DNA of 64,000 bases, taken from NCBI GenBank assembly GCA_041615815.1, contig JBFJCP010000016.1, forward strand, positions 1 to 64,000, written 5' to 3'. Position numbers and translations under genes: made by a program. Each line of letters begins with the position of its first letter. Position 1 is the stretch's first letter. Source of the DNA: Gemmatimonadales bacterium (GTDB lineage: Bacteria > Gemmatimonadota > Gemmatimonadetes > Gemmatimonadales > GWC2-71-9). Below are positions 1 through 10,300 of this stretch, piece after piece. The notes beneath the pieces were generated by a model, which saw only the letters and a list, made by a program, of their open reading frames with translations, ran no database searches and was not told where the DNA came from.

Positions 1-1032
1 AATCCGGAGCACCAACACGTTGACGAAGAGCCCAATGAGTCGCTCGAGTTCTGGAAGCTCACGGTTGGCCACCGGTGACCCAAACACGATCTCGTCCTGA
101 CGGGCGTAACGGGCGAGTGCCACCCCGGTCGCCGCCAGCAGAATCATAAAGAGCGTCGCCCCCTCGGCGTGAGCCACGGCGGTGAGACGCTCCACGTGCA
201 CAGCCGGTATCTCGAACGTCTGAGCGGTCCCGCGGTAGCGTTGGACGGCGGGACGTGGTCGGTCCGTCGGCAGCTCCAGTAACGGTAACTCACCGTCCAG
301 CTGGTCCTGCCAGTAGCGCAGCAGGCGCGCATACCGCTCGCCACTCAGCCAGTGCCGCTGCCAAGCTGCGTAGTCACCGTACCGGACCGGCAACTCGGGA
401 AGCGTGGGCTCGATGTTCTCGAGGTGCGCTTCGTACGCGGCGACGACTTCGCTGCGGAGGATGCCTAGCGACCACCCATCGATCACCGTGTGGTCCGCCG
501 CGAGGAGGAGGATGTGCTCCGACGTGGTCAGACGCAGCAGGCGGGCACGGATCAACGGGCCGGTGGCGAGGTGGAACCCCGCGGTGGCTTCTTCCTCCAG
601 AACCGCCGCAACGGCAGCCGCGCGCTCTTCGTCCGAAAGCGCCGACAAGTCGACCAGTGGGACGTCGAGACGAAGCGACTCCTCCACGATCTGCACCGGC
701 TCCGAACCCAGCATCCCGAACCTCGTGCGTAACGGCGCGTGGCGCTGCACCACGAGGTTGAGGCTCTCGATGAGCGCGCTGGCATCGAGCGGGCCGAGGA
801 TCCGGTAGGCGGTCCGAACCGTGTAGATGGGGGCGTCGGGTTCAAGCTGATCTAGGTACCACAGCCGCTCTTGGGCAAACGACAGCGGTGCGGGAGTGGC
901 ATCGGGCCGTCGAGGGATGCGGGGCGCCGCGTCGTCATCGGTGGCACTCCCGCGCAAACGACGCTCCAACAGGGCGCGCTTGGCCGGCGACAGTTTCGCG
1001 AAGCGCGCCGATCGATCCGGGGCTTCAGACAT
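1..1032 (-). CDS. NRPS subunit 3, N-terminal docking region and condensation domain (partial, runs off left edge)
   Basis: Not in ORF track. ATG at 1032 overlaps the upstream stop (ATGTCTGA). Manual translation gives MSEAPDRSARFAKLSPAKRALLERRL...LSFAQERLWYLDQLEP...ADHTVIDGWS, i.e. the C1 motif and an xHxxxDG motif. Confidence 0.92.
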   Translation of the reverse strand, partial: MSEAPDRSARFAKLSPAKRALLERRLRGSATDDDAAPRIPRRPDATPAPLSFAQERLWYLDQLEPDAPIYTVRTAYRILGPLDASALIESLNLVVQRHAPLRTRFGMLGSEPVQIVEESLRLDVPLVDLSALSDEERAAAVAAVLEEEATAGFHLATGPLIRARLLRLTTSEHILLLAADHTVIDGWSLGILRSEVVAAYEAHLENIEPTLPELPVRYGDYAAWQRHWLSGERYARLLRYWQDQLDGELPLLELPTDRPRPAVQRYRGTAQTFEIPAVHVERLTAVAHAEGATLFMILLAATGVALARYARQDEIVFGSPVANRELPELERLIGLFVNVLVLRI

Positions 1033-4000
1033 CCGATGGATCCGCGGCGGCCAGGCGCTCCGCCTCCTCCTCGGAGAGCGCTTCTACCTCGGCAAGCAGC
1101 AGGTCCTCGATGGCGGTCGCGAGATCGGCGATGGTCGGCGCTTCGAAGATGCGGCGCAACTCGAGTTCGATCTCGAAGTGCCGCCGCACGCGCGCGATGA
1201 TGCGCGTGGCGAGGAGAGAATGTCCGCCCACCTCGAAGAAGTTGTCGTACACGCTCACCTCGGATATCCCGAGCACTTCTTGCCAGGACTCCGCCAAGAA
1301 CCGTTCGGTATCGGTGCGCGGCACAACTCGCTCAACGTCCGATTCCCATTCCAGCTCCCCGGGATCGGGTAGGGCTTTCCGATCCACCTTCCGGGTCGTG
1401 GTCAGGGGGAAGGCGTCCAATTGCACCAACTGCGCCGGCACCATGTACTCCGGAAGTTTCTCTCGGAGGTACTCCCGTAACACGGCGAGATCGACCGTGG
1501 TCCCCGGCTCTTGTGGGACGAAATAGGCTACGATACGCTTGTCGCCGCCACCGCGTTCATAGACGAGGGTCGCCGCCTGCCGCACGTCGGGATGATCCCC
1601 CATCACGGCCTCGATCTCACCTAATTCGATCCGAAATCCGCGGATCTTCACCTGATGGTCCGTCCGCCCGAAAAACTCGAGGTTGCCGTCCGGCCGCCAG
1701 CGGCACACGTCCCCGCTCTTGTACATCCGCGCACCCGGCACGTCGCTGAACGGATTCGGCACGAATCGTTCGGCCGTGAGCTCGGGCCGGTTCAGATACC
1801 CGCGTCCCACCAGCTCCCCACCGATGTAGAGCTCACCCGGCACGCCCACCGGCACGGGTTGGCGCAGCGGATCCAAGACGTAGAGCTGGGTATTCAACAA
1901 GGGGACACCGATCGGGATGTTGGGCATCCCGTCACCGTCTTCATCCCCCGCCGGCCAGAGACTGCACGTCACGGTCGTCTCCGTGGGACCGTAGGAGTTG
2001 AGCCACTCGATGTCGGTTCCCACGATACGACGCCACGCCCGAAACGCGCCGGGCATCGCTGCCTCACCCCCGGCCGCAACCACGCGTACGGTGCTCGGGA
2101 ACGGTGCACCACCTTCCAACGCCCCCACCCACTCGTGCCAAAACGCCGTGGGGAGATCCAGCACGGTGATCTGATTGGACTCCACGAATTCGTGAAACCG
2201 CTCGAACGAGCCGATGAGTTCGGTGGGCAGGAGGACCACACCACCACCCTTCAGCAACATCGGCAAGATCTCTTCGCTTCCGGTGTCGAAAGCGATGGAC
2301 GACAGCTGGAGAATACGATCGTCCTCGTGGAGGGAGAAGAAATCATTGAGGCTGGCGCAGAGATTCATGAACGCCCGATGTTGAATCTCGACGCCCTTGG
2401 GCCGGCCGGTAGATCCTGACGTATAGATGACGTACAGCACGTTCGTGGGATCGGCCGTGCGTCCCAGGTTGTCTGCCGACTCCTCCGCAATGCGATCCCA
2501 ATCGCGATCCAGGCAGATGGTGGTGCCCGGATACGCCGGGAGGCGTTCGAGCATATCCTCGTGCGTGAGCAAGACCGGCGCGTCCGTATCTTCGAAGATG
2601 AAGGTCATTCGCTCGGGGGGATATCGCGGGTCCAGCGGTACATACGCGGCACCGGCTTTGAGAATCCCGAGGAGGCTCACCACCATGTCCAGCGATTTCT
2701 CCACGAACATGCTCACGAGCGATCCGGCGGATACGCCGAATTGCTGGAGATAGCGCGCGAGCTGATTGGCCCGTGCGTTCAACTCACGGAAGGTCAACAC
2801 CCCGTCCGGTGCGATCACCGCCGGAATGTCCGCTCGCGTTGCGGCCTGCTCTTCGAACACCTCGTGGACACAGCGATCGGCTCTGAAGTCGCCGGCCGTG
2901 TCGTTCCACGCGACCACCACCTGATGGCGTTCGTCTTCTGTGAGCAGCTGCAGGGCCCCAATCGGGGTCTCGGGATTGGAGATCGCTGCCCGTGCCAGCG
3001 TCTCGTAATGCCCGATCATGCGGCCAATCGTCTCGGCCTCGAACAGGTTGGTGTTGTACTCGAACCATCCTTGGAGTGCATCTTGGCTCTCGACGATGGA
3101 CAGGGTGAGATCGAAACGCGCCACCTTCGGGTCGATACGCCACGGTGTCATGGTTGCGCCGGGAAGCTCGAGCGTCTCCGTTGGCGCGCTTTGCCAATCG
3201 AACATCACCTGGAAGACTGGGTGGCGATCTACGTTCCGTTCGGGATGGAGTTCCTCTACCAATCGCTCGAAGGGCAACTCCTGGTGCGTGTAGGCATTCA
3301 ACGTCGTCTCGGACACCCGTTGCACGAGGTCGCGAAAGCTCGGATTGTCGGACAGATCCGTTCGGAGCGCGATCGTGTTCACGAAGAAGCCGATCATGTG
3401 CTCCAGCTCACCGCGATTGCGATTGGCGATCGGCGTGCCGACGATGATGTCGCCGAGCCGAGTGTACCGGTGAAGGAGCACCTGGAACAGGGCGAGGAGC
3501 GTCATGAAGAGCGTGACGCCCTGCTCCCGACCGATCTCCCGCAAACCGTCGGCCACCTCGGCGGGAATCGTGAACCCGGTCTCAGCTCCATTTGGCGCCA
3601 GGGCAGCACTGCGAGGTTTGTCCGTCGGCAGCTCGAGAATCGGGAGCCTCCCACCCAACTGATCCATCCAGTACGCGAGCTGCTGGCTCACCACCTCGCC
3701 CTGGAGCCGCTGTCGCTGCCACACCGCAAAGTCCGCATACTGAATCGGTAGGGGCACCAGCACGGGAGGACGTCCGTTCAGTGCCCCACGGTAGAGCTCC
3801 GCAAGCTCCCGTTGAAACACCCCTCGCGACCACCCGTCAAACGCCGCATGGTGCATCGTACAAGCCAGCACATGGTCTCCCCGGTGACGTGAGAAGAGCC
3901 GGGCTCGCAGCAACGGTCCGTTGGCCAGGTCGAACGGCCGCCGCGCTTCCTCCGCCACCAGCGCTTCCAAAGCCGCGTCCCCCATGTCGCCGACATCCTC

Positions 4001-4369
4001 GACGGGAACGGCCACGATCACCGGTGGTCCTATGACCTGCGTCGGGTCTCCATCCACGACGCGAAAGCTGGTGCGCAGGACCTCGTGGCGTTTCACGATC
4101 TCGCTCAGCGCGCCCTCGAGTGCCGCCACGTCCACGGTTCCCCTCAACCGGTAGCAATCCGGGAGATTGTATGCCGGGGTGCCAGGCTCGAGCTGGTCGA
4201 AGAACCAGAGACGCTCCTGCCCGAACGACAAAGGAACGGTGCCCTCCGCCGGACGACGGGGGATGCCGCCGTCGCTGTCCCGACGGATTCCTTTTTGCTC
4301 GAGCATCCGGGCGATCAGGGCGCGCTGGTGCTCGGATGGTCCGGCTGCTCGTGACGGTGGTTGGCTCAC
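1025..4369 (-). CDS. NRPS subunit 2, single module C-A-T
   Basis: C: LSFGQERLWF and HHAAFDG. A: YTSGSTGRPKG, YGPTE, YKSGD, GRTDHQVKIRGFRIELGEIE. T: FFEVGGHSLL. GTG start with AGGAAG upstream. Confidence 0.97.
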   Translation of the reverse strand: MSQPPSRAAGPSEHQRALIARMLEQKGIRRDSDGGIPRRPAEGTVPLSFGQERLWFFDQLEPGTPAYNLPDCYRLRGTVDVAALEGALSEIVKRHEVLRTSFRVVDGDPTQVIGPPVIVAVPVEDVGDMGDAALEALVAEEARRPFDLANGPLLRARLFSRHRGDHVLACTMHHAAFDGWSRGVFQRELAELYRGALNGRPPVLVPLPIQYADFAVWQRQRLQGEVVSQQLAYWMDQLGGRLPILELPTDKPRSAALAPNGAETGFTIPAEVADGLREIGREQGVTLFMTLLALFQVLLHRYTRLGDIIVGTPIANRNRGELEHMIGFFVNTIALRTDLSDNPSFRDLVQRVSETTLNAYTHQELPFERLVEELHPERNVDRHPVFQVMFDWQSAPTETLELPGATMTPWRIDPKVARFDLTLSIVESQDALQGWFEYNTNLFEAETIGRMIGHYETLARAAISNPETPIGALQLLTEDERHQVVVAWNDTAGDFRADRCVHEVFEEQAATRADIPAVIAPDGVLTFRELNARANQLARYLQQFGVSAGSLVSMFVEKSLDMVVSLLGILKAGAAYVPLDPRYPPERMTFIFEDTDAPVLLTHEDMLERLPAYPGTTICLDRDWDRIAEESADNLGRTADPTNVLYVIYTSGSTGRPKGVEIQHRAFMNLCASLNDFFSLHEDDRILQLSSIAFDTGSEEILPMLLKGGGVVLLPTELIGSFERFHEFVESNQITVLDLPTAFWHEWVGALEGGAPFPSTVRVVAAGGEAAMPGAFRAWRRIVGTDIEWLNSYGPTETTVTCSLWPAGDEDGDGMPNIPIGVPLLNTQLYVLDPLRQPVPVGVPGELYIGGELVGRGYLNRPELTAERFVPNPFSDVPGARMYKSGDVCRWRPDGNLEFFGRTDHQVKIRGFRIELGEIEAVMGDHPDVRQAATLVYERGGGDKRIVAYFVPQEPGTTVDLAVLREYLREKLPEYMVPAQLVQLDAFPLTTTRKVDRKALPDPGELEWESDVERVVPRTDTERFLAESWQEVLGISEVSVYDNFFEVGGHSLLATRIIARVRRHFEIELELRRIFEAPTIADLATAIEDLLLAEVEALSEEEAERLAAADPSDV

Positions 4370-4389
4370 GCTTGCTTCCTCATGGGTGT

Positions 4390-7300
4390 CTATTCCGACA
4401 GCTGCGCCCGCACTTCGTCGTCGGACAACCCCTCGACGACCAAGAGGGTGTCTGCGATCTCGTCCACGACCTCTCTCCCACCCACGAGGTCGGCTAATTC
4501 TCCTACGAGGCCAGCGACCGTGGGGTGTTCGAAGAGCCCGCGCACCGGGACTTCGATTTGAAACCAGTCGCGCAAACGTGACACGACCTGGGTGGCCAGC
4601 AGCGAGTGTCCGCCGAGCTCGAAAAAGTTGTCGTCGATCCCGAGCGTCTCGACCGCCAGCACCTGTTGCCAGATGCCGTGGACGAACCGCTCCGCCGACG
4701 ACTGGGGCGCGCGGCCCGTGGCTGCACTAGTCCCTTGTTCGGGCACCGGCAGCGCCGCCCGGTCTACTTTACCATTGGGCGTGAGTGGAAGACGTTCCAA
4801 GAACACGTACTGCGCCGGCACCATATAGTCGGGCAACCGCTCGCGCAGGAAACGCCACAAGGTGGGTTGACGGAGGCCGTCTGCTCCAACGACATAGGCC
4901 ACCAGCCGCGATCGCCCCTCACTCTCCCAGAGTGCCACGGCGCATCGTCGCACCTCGGGATGCCGGTGCAACGCCTGCTCCACGTCCGCGAGCTCCACGC
5001 GGAATCCGCGGATCTTCACCTGATGGTCACGCCGCCCAATCAACTCCAATTGCCCATCGTTGCGGACGCGGGCCAGATCGCCGGTGCGGAACAGCCGGTC
5101 GTACGAGCCCTCCGCAAACGGGTTTTCGATGAATCGCTCGGCGGTCAAGGCGGGCAAGTTCAGGTACCCGTTGGCCAGGCACGCCCCAGCCACGCACATC
5201 TCACCGGTTGCCCCCTGTGGGACAGGCCGGAGACGCTCGTCGAGCACGTAGACGCGGGTGTTGGCCAGGGGTTTCCCAATGGGAACTCGCTCCGCGCTCA
5301 ACGACAGCTGTCTGGTGTCGTACACCGTCACGTTGGACGAACATTCCGTCGACCCGTACAAGTTGAGCAGCGGTACATCGTCGAAACACCGACGCCACCG
5401 AGCCACCATGGAAACGGGGATCGGTTCGGCGCTGGTGGAGGCAAAGCGGAGCGTCTGCCACTCCTCCGGATGTTGTTCGGCTTGATCCAGGATTCCCTCG
5501 AAAAACGCCGGTGATGCCAAGACGTGGCTGACGCCGTGGGTCACGAGGCGGCGCCAGATTGCGGCCGGATCGATGATCTCATCCTGTGACAGAATGACCG
5601 TCGGTATTCCCACCAGCAGTCCGCCAAAACACTCCCATGTGGCGGCCACGAGCGCATACGATTTCTGCAGCAGCGCCACATCACCGTCACGGAAGGGAAA
5701 CTCCTCCCACATCCAGCGAAGGCGATTGAGCACTGCCCGCATGGTGATCAGTGCGCCCTTTGGAGTCCCCGTGCTCGCCGAGGTGTACACCACGTTGAGA
5801 ACGCTGTCCGGCGTGGTCACCGGTGTCGGGTCTTCCAACCGCTCCTGTCCGATGGCTGATTGTTCCACATCCAGGACGATCGTGGTATCCGCAAAGTCCG
5901 TGAAGCGATTCAGCGTGGAGTGCACGATCAACACGTCCGGTTCGGCGTCGTCGAGGATCGCCTCGAGTCGGGGAGTGGGATACGTGGGCTCCAGCGCCAC
6001 ATAGGTTCCCCCCGCTTTCAGGACACCGAGAATAGCAACCATCATATCGAACGAGCGTGGGAGGCAGAGGGCTACCCGCGTACCCGTACTCACTTCGCGG
6101 GCCCTCAAGTAATGCGCGAGTTGATTGGCGCGCTCGTTGAGCTCGACATAGGAGATGCTCTGGCCTTCCCACAACAGGGCCGGCTCGTCCGGCGTTCGCC
6201 GTACTTGGGCCTCGAACAGCTCCGCGATGCCGGCCGAGAGATCGAAATCGCGATGCGTATCGTTCATCTCTTCCAGCAGCGCCTGACGCTCGGCCTCAGA
6301 CACCACGGGGAGCGTTGAGATGGGACGGTTGGGATTCTCAACCACACTCCGCAGCAGAGCCTCGTAATTCGCCACCATGCGGGCCACCGTCGCCTCGTCG
6401 AACAGATCGCTGAGGTAGGCGATTTGGACGAACAGCCGTTCGCCCTGCTCCTGCGCGTAAAACGACATGTCGTACTTCGTGTAACCCGTATCCAGCTCGC
6501 TGAACGAAAGGGTGAGGCCTTCCACTTCGCAGGCGGTGTGGGGAAGGTTCAGCATGTTGAACATGACTTGGAACACGGGCGAGACGCTCGTGTCCCGAGC
6601 GGTCCGTGTCCCTTCCGCCATCCACATGAACGGGTATTCGGCATTGCTGATGGCACCGGTCACTCTGGCGCGGACTCGTTCCATCAGCTCGAGGAAGGTC
6701 GGGTCATCGTCCAGCAGGGCCCGGAGCGGCAGCATGTTGAGAAAGAATCCCACGATCGCTTCGCTGTGCGCTGCCGTGCGATTGGCGATCGGCGATCCGA
6801 TGATGACGTCGTCTTGGCCGGAGTATCGCTGGAGCAACACGTACGATGCGGCCAACAGCGTCATGAACAATGTCGCGTTGGCGTCCGTGCTCAGCGCTCG
6901 CAGGCGTCCCGTGAGCTCGGCCTCGAGCATGGCGGTTTGGGCCGCACCGCGATACGTCGGTGTATTGGATCTGGGGCGGTCCACGGGCAACGCAAGGATC
7001 GGAAGTTCTCCCGCGAGTTGCTCTTGCCAATAGAGCTCCTGGGCTCTGAGCTTATCGCGCTGTAGCCGCTCCTGTTCCCACAACACGTAGTCGCCAAAGC
7101 CCACGGGCAGCGCGGGGAGCGGCTCCGACTCGCCCTGCCGGATCCGCCTATACAACTCACCGAGATCCTTCACGATCACGGAGATGCCCCAGAGATCGAG
7201 GATGATCTCTTGAAAGGTGATCAGGAGCTCATGGTGATCTTCGGCCAGCTTGAAGAGCTCGGGTTGCAGCAACGCGTCCAGCTCGAGGTCCAGTGCCCGT

Positions 7301-10300
7301 CGACCCTTGACTGCCGCTCGTGCTTGCAGATGGGAAAGCCGCTCCGCTTCCGGCAGGTGCGTGAGGTCGACGACCGAAAGTTCCGCGCATCGCCGATCAT
7401 CGAAGATCTGCACGGGACGATCGCCCTCCGTCGCAAATCGTGCTCGCAGCACGTCGTGGCGTTCGACGACGCCCCGCCAGGCTTCGCGCAACGCCGCCAG
7501 GTCGAGGTCGCCTCTGATGTGAATCGTCCCCTGCGCGGTGTAATAGGGGCTCTCGGGTTCCAGCCGCCAGAGGAACCACACGCCCTGTTGTGCCAGGCTC
7601 AACGGGTAGGCGGTTCGCCCATCCCGCTCCGCACCGCCCAGCTGCTGCAAGACCCCTTCTTGCACTTCCTCACCCAATCGCTCAGCGAGCTGTGCCACGG
7701 TGCCGTGCTCGAAAAGGTCTCGGAAGCTCACGGATGCGTCGAACACCTGGCGAAGACGATTGAGCACCTGCATGGCGAGGAGCGAGTCGCCGCCAAGCTC
7801 AAAAAACCCGTCGTGTACACCCACTCGCTCGAGTCCAAGTACCTCCGCCCAGATCGCAGCCACCCGTTCCTCGCGGGGGGTCCGCGGTGCCGTATACGGT
7901 TCGGCGAGCTCCGGCCGCACCACATCTGGCTCGGGCAACGCCTGCACGTCGAGTTTGCGATTCGCATTCAGCGGGAGGGCATCGAGTTGAATCAGCTGCT
8001 GCGGGATCATGTGCGCGGGGAGCTCGCTCTCGAGGAACTGGCGCAACGCAGACGGGGCCAGGCTCTCCCGCGTGGTGTAGTAAGCCACGAGCACCTTTTT
8101 CCCCTCAGCCCCCCCCGACGCTCTCACGTCTCGCTCCTTCGCCACCAGTGTGCCACGACCGGAACGCGCGGTGCGCACGAGCGCGGCACAATTCGCGACG
8201 GCGGGATGGCGCCGGACGCTCGCCTCCACGTCCCCGAGCTCCACACGAATACCACGCAACTTGACGAGGTTGTCGCGCCGTCCTAAGAACTCGATGGTCC
8301 CATCAGGGGTCCACCGACCCAGATCGCCCGTTCGGAAAACGGGATCTGCATCCCCGTCCGGCAGCGAATGGTCGAGGAAACGCGATGCCGTTTCCTGTTC
8401 CCGTTTGAAATAGCCAAGCGTCAGGTACGGGCTGCGGATGAAGAGCTCGCCCTGCACCCCGATAGGACACGGCAGCCCCGCCTTGTCGAGAATCAGAATC
8501 TGCCGGCCGCGAATCGGTCTCCCCACGGGCACGCTCTGGTCACCGGGCGACACTCGATCCACGTGATGGTACGAGGCCAGTACGGTTTCGCTGGGCCCGT
8601 ACAGATTGTACAGGGCCGGTGCGTCGGGAAACCGCAGAAGGTCGCGTGCCAAATCCACCGGGAGTACTTCACCGGCGAGCAACAGCAGCCGAACCGATGG
8701 CAAGGGGTGTCCGTCACCCTCCGCATGTTGCCGCAACACCTCTACGAGCTCACGGCAGAAGCTCGGAACGATCTGCAGGATGGTGATCCCCTCACGCCGC
8801 ACCCAATCCGCAAGCGCCGTCGGGTCATACCGCACCGCCTCGCTCGCCATGCACAACGTCGCTCCGAAACAGAGCGTGCCGAAAATCTCACAGTACGACG
8901 CATCGTAGGCGATCGATGCCCACTGTGCCCACCGTTCCGATGCGCCAATGTGGAATTGATCGCTCTGCCAAGTCACGAACTGTACGAAACTGCGATGCGA
9001 CTGCACGATCCCCTTGGGTCTGCCGGTGGACCCCGAGGTGTAAACGATGTACGCAACTCCGCTGGGATCGACATCGAGCCCGGGATTCTCGGCAGCCAGT
9101 TCGGCGAAGATAGCGTTCTCGGCGGGCTCCTCAGCATCGGCGTCCATCATCACTACGTGCGCCGCTGCGCGCTCGACCCACGCTGCGAGGTCCGGATGTC
9201 TGGCAAGCGCCCGAGCGTCCGCGATCAGGAACTCGGTCTCGGTTTCCTCGAGAATCTCCAGCAGACGGCGCGTAGGATGGACGGGATCCAGACAGACGAA
9301 GGCCGCCCCTGTCTTCAAGACACCCAGCATCGCCGTCACCTGCTGTGGTCCGTTCTCCAACAGCACCGCAACAGGTTGTTGGGCTTGGACGCCGTCGGCG
9401 ACGAGCCGGTGGGCAACGCGGTTGGCCTCACGGTTCAACTCGTCGTACGTGACGTGCCCCTCGCCGAAGGTGATAGCGATCGCCTCGGGCGTCTCGGCAA
9501 CATGTGCCTCGAAGAGCTCGTGTAGTGCTCTCGTGGGCGGCTCATCGTGGCGAGCATCCCATTCGGCGAGCTGCTGCGTCTCAGACGACGACAACAACGA
9601 CACAGTCGAGGGCGGTTGGTCCGGCTCGGTGATGGCCCCGTCCAACAGCTGTTCCAGATGGCCTGCGAGCCGCGCGGCGTCCGCCGCACCGAACACATCG
9701 GATGCATACCGCACGACGGCCCGGGGGACGCCGTCCCCCTCCTCCACCACCACCTCGAGATCGCATTCGGGACCAACGGGAACGACCTCCACCTCGGTGA
9801 CGACGAGCCGTTGCGCGGCATTGGAGAGCAGGGCTGAGCGGTGCCGAACGGTGAACCCCACCTGAGGCCGCGGGGGCGCCACGGGAGTGGAAGGCTGCGT
9901 TTCCGCCGCCTCCAGCTGCGCCGCCACTTGCTGCGACCACGCGCGAAAGGATCCGCCGCTCGAGAGCTCCACCGTGATCGGCTGCCGCTGCTCCAACGGT
10001 CCCACGATTCCGTCGCCGCCTTCGGCAGGAGCGTCCCGGCGCGCGAGCCACACGGTCACTCGATCCTCGTCGGAATACCGCCCCAGCAAGGCCACCACTG
10101 CCGTCAGCAGCAAGACGTGCACGGTGGTACCGACCTCGGTAGCCACGGTGTCCAGACCCTCGAGCGTGGGAGCGGGCAAGCTCAACGGTGCCGTGCGCGC
10201 CGTGGGCGGCCCGTCTGCGTGTATCGCGTGGCCAGGAAGGTGGAGCCGCTCAGGCTCGATGCCGCGTTGGGGACCAGATGGACCGTCCAGCCATGCTCTG

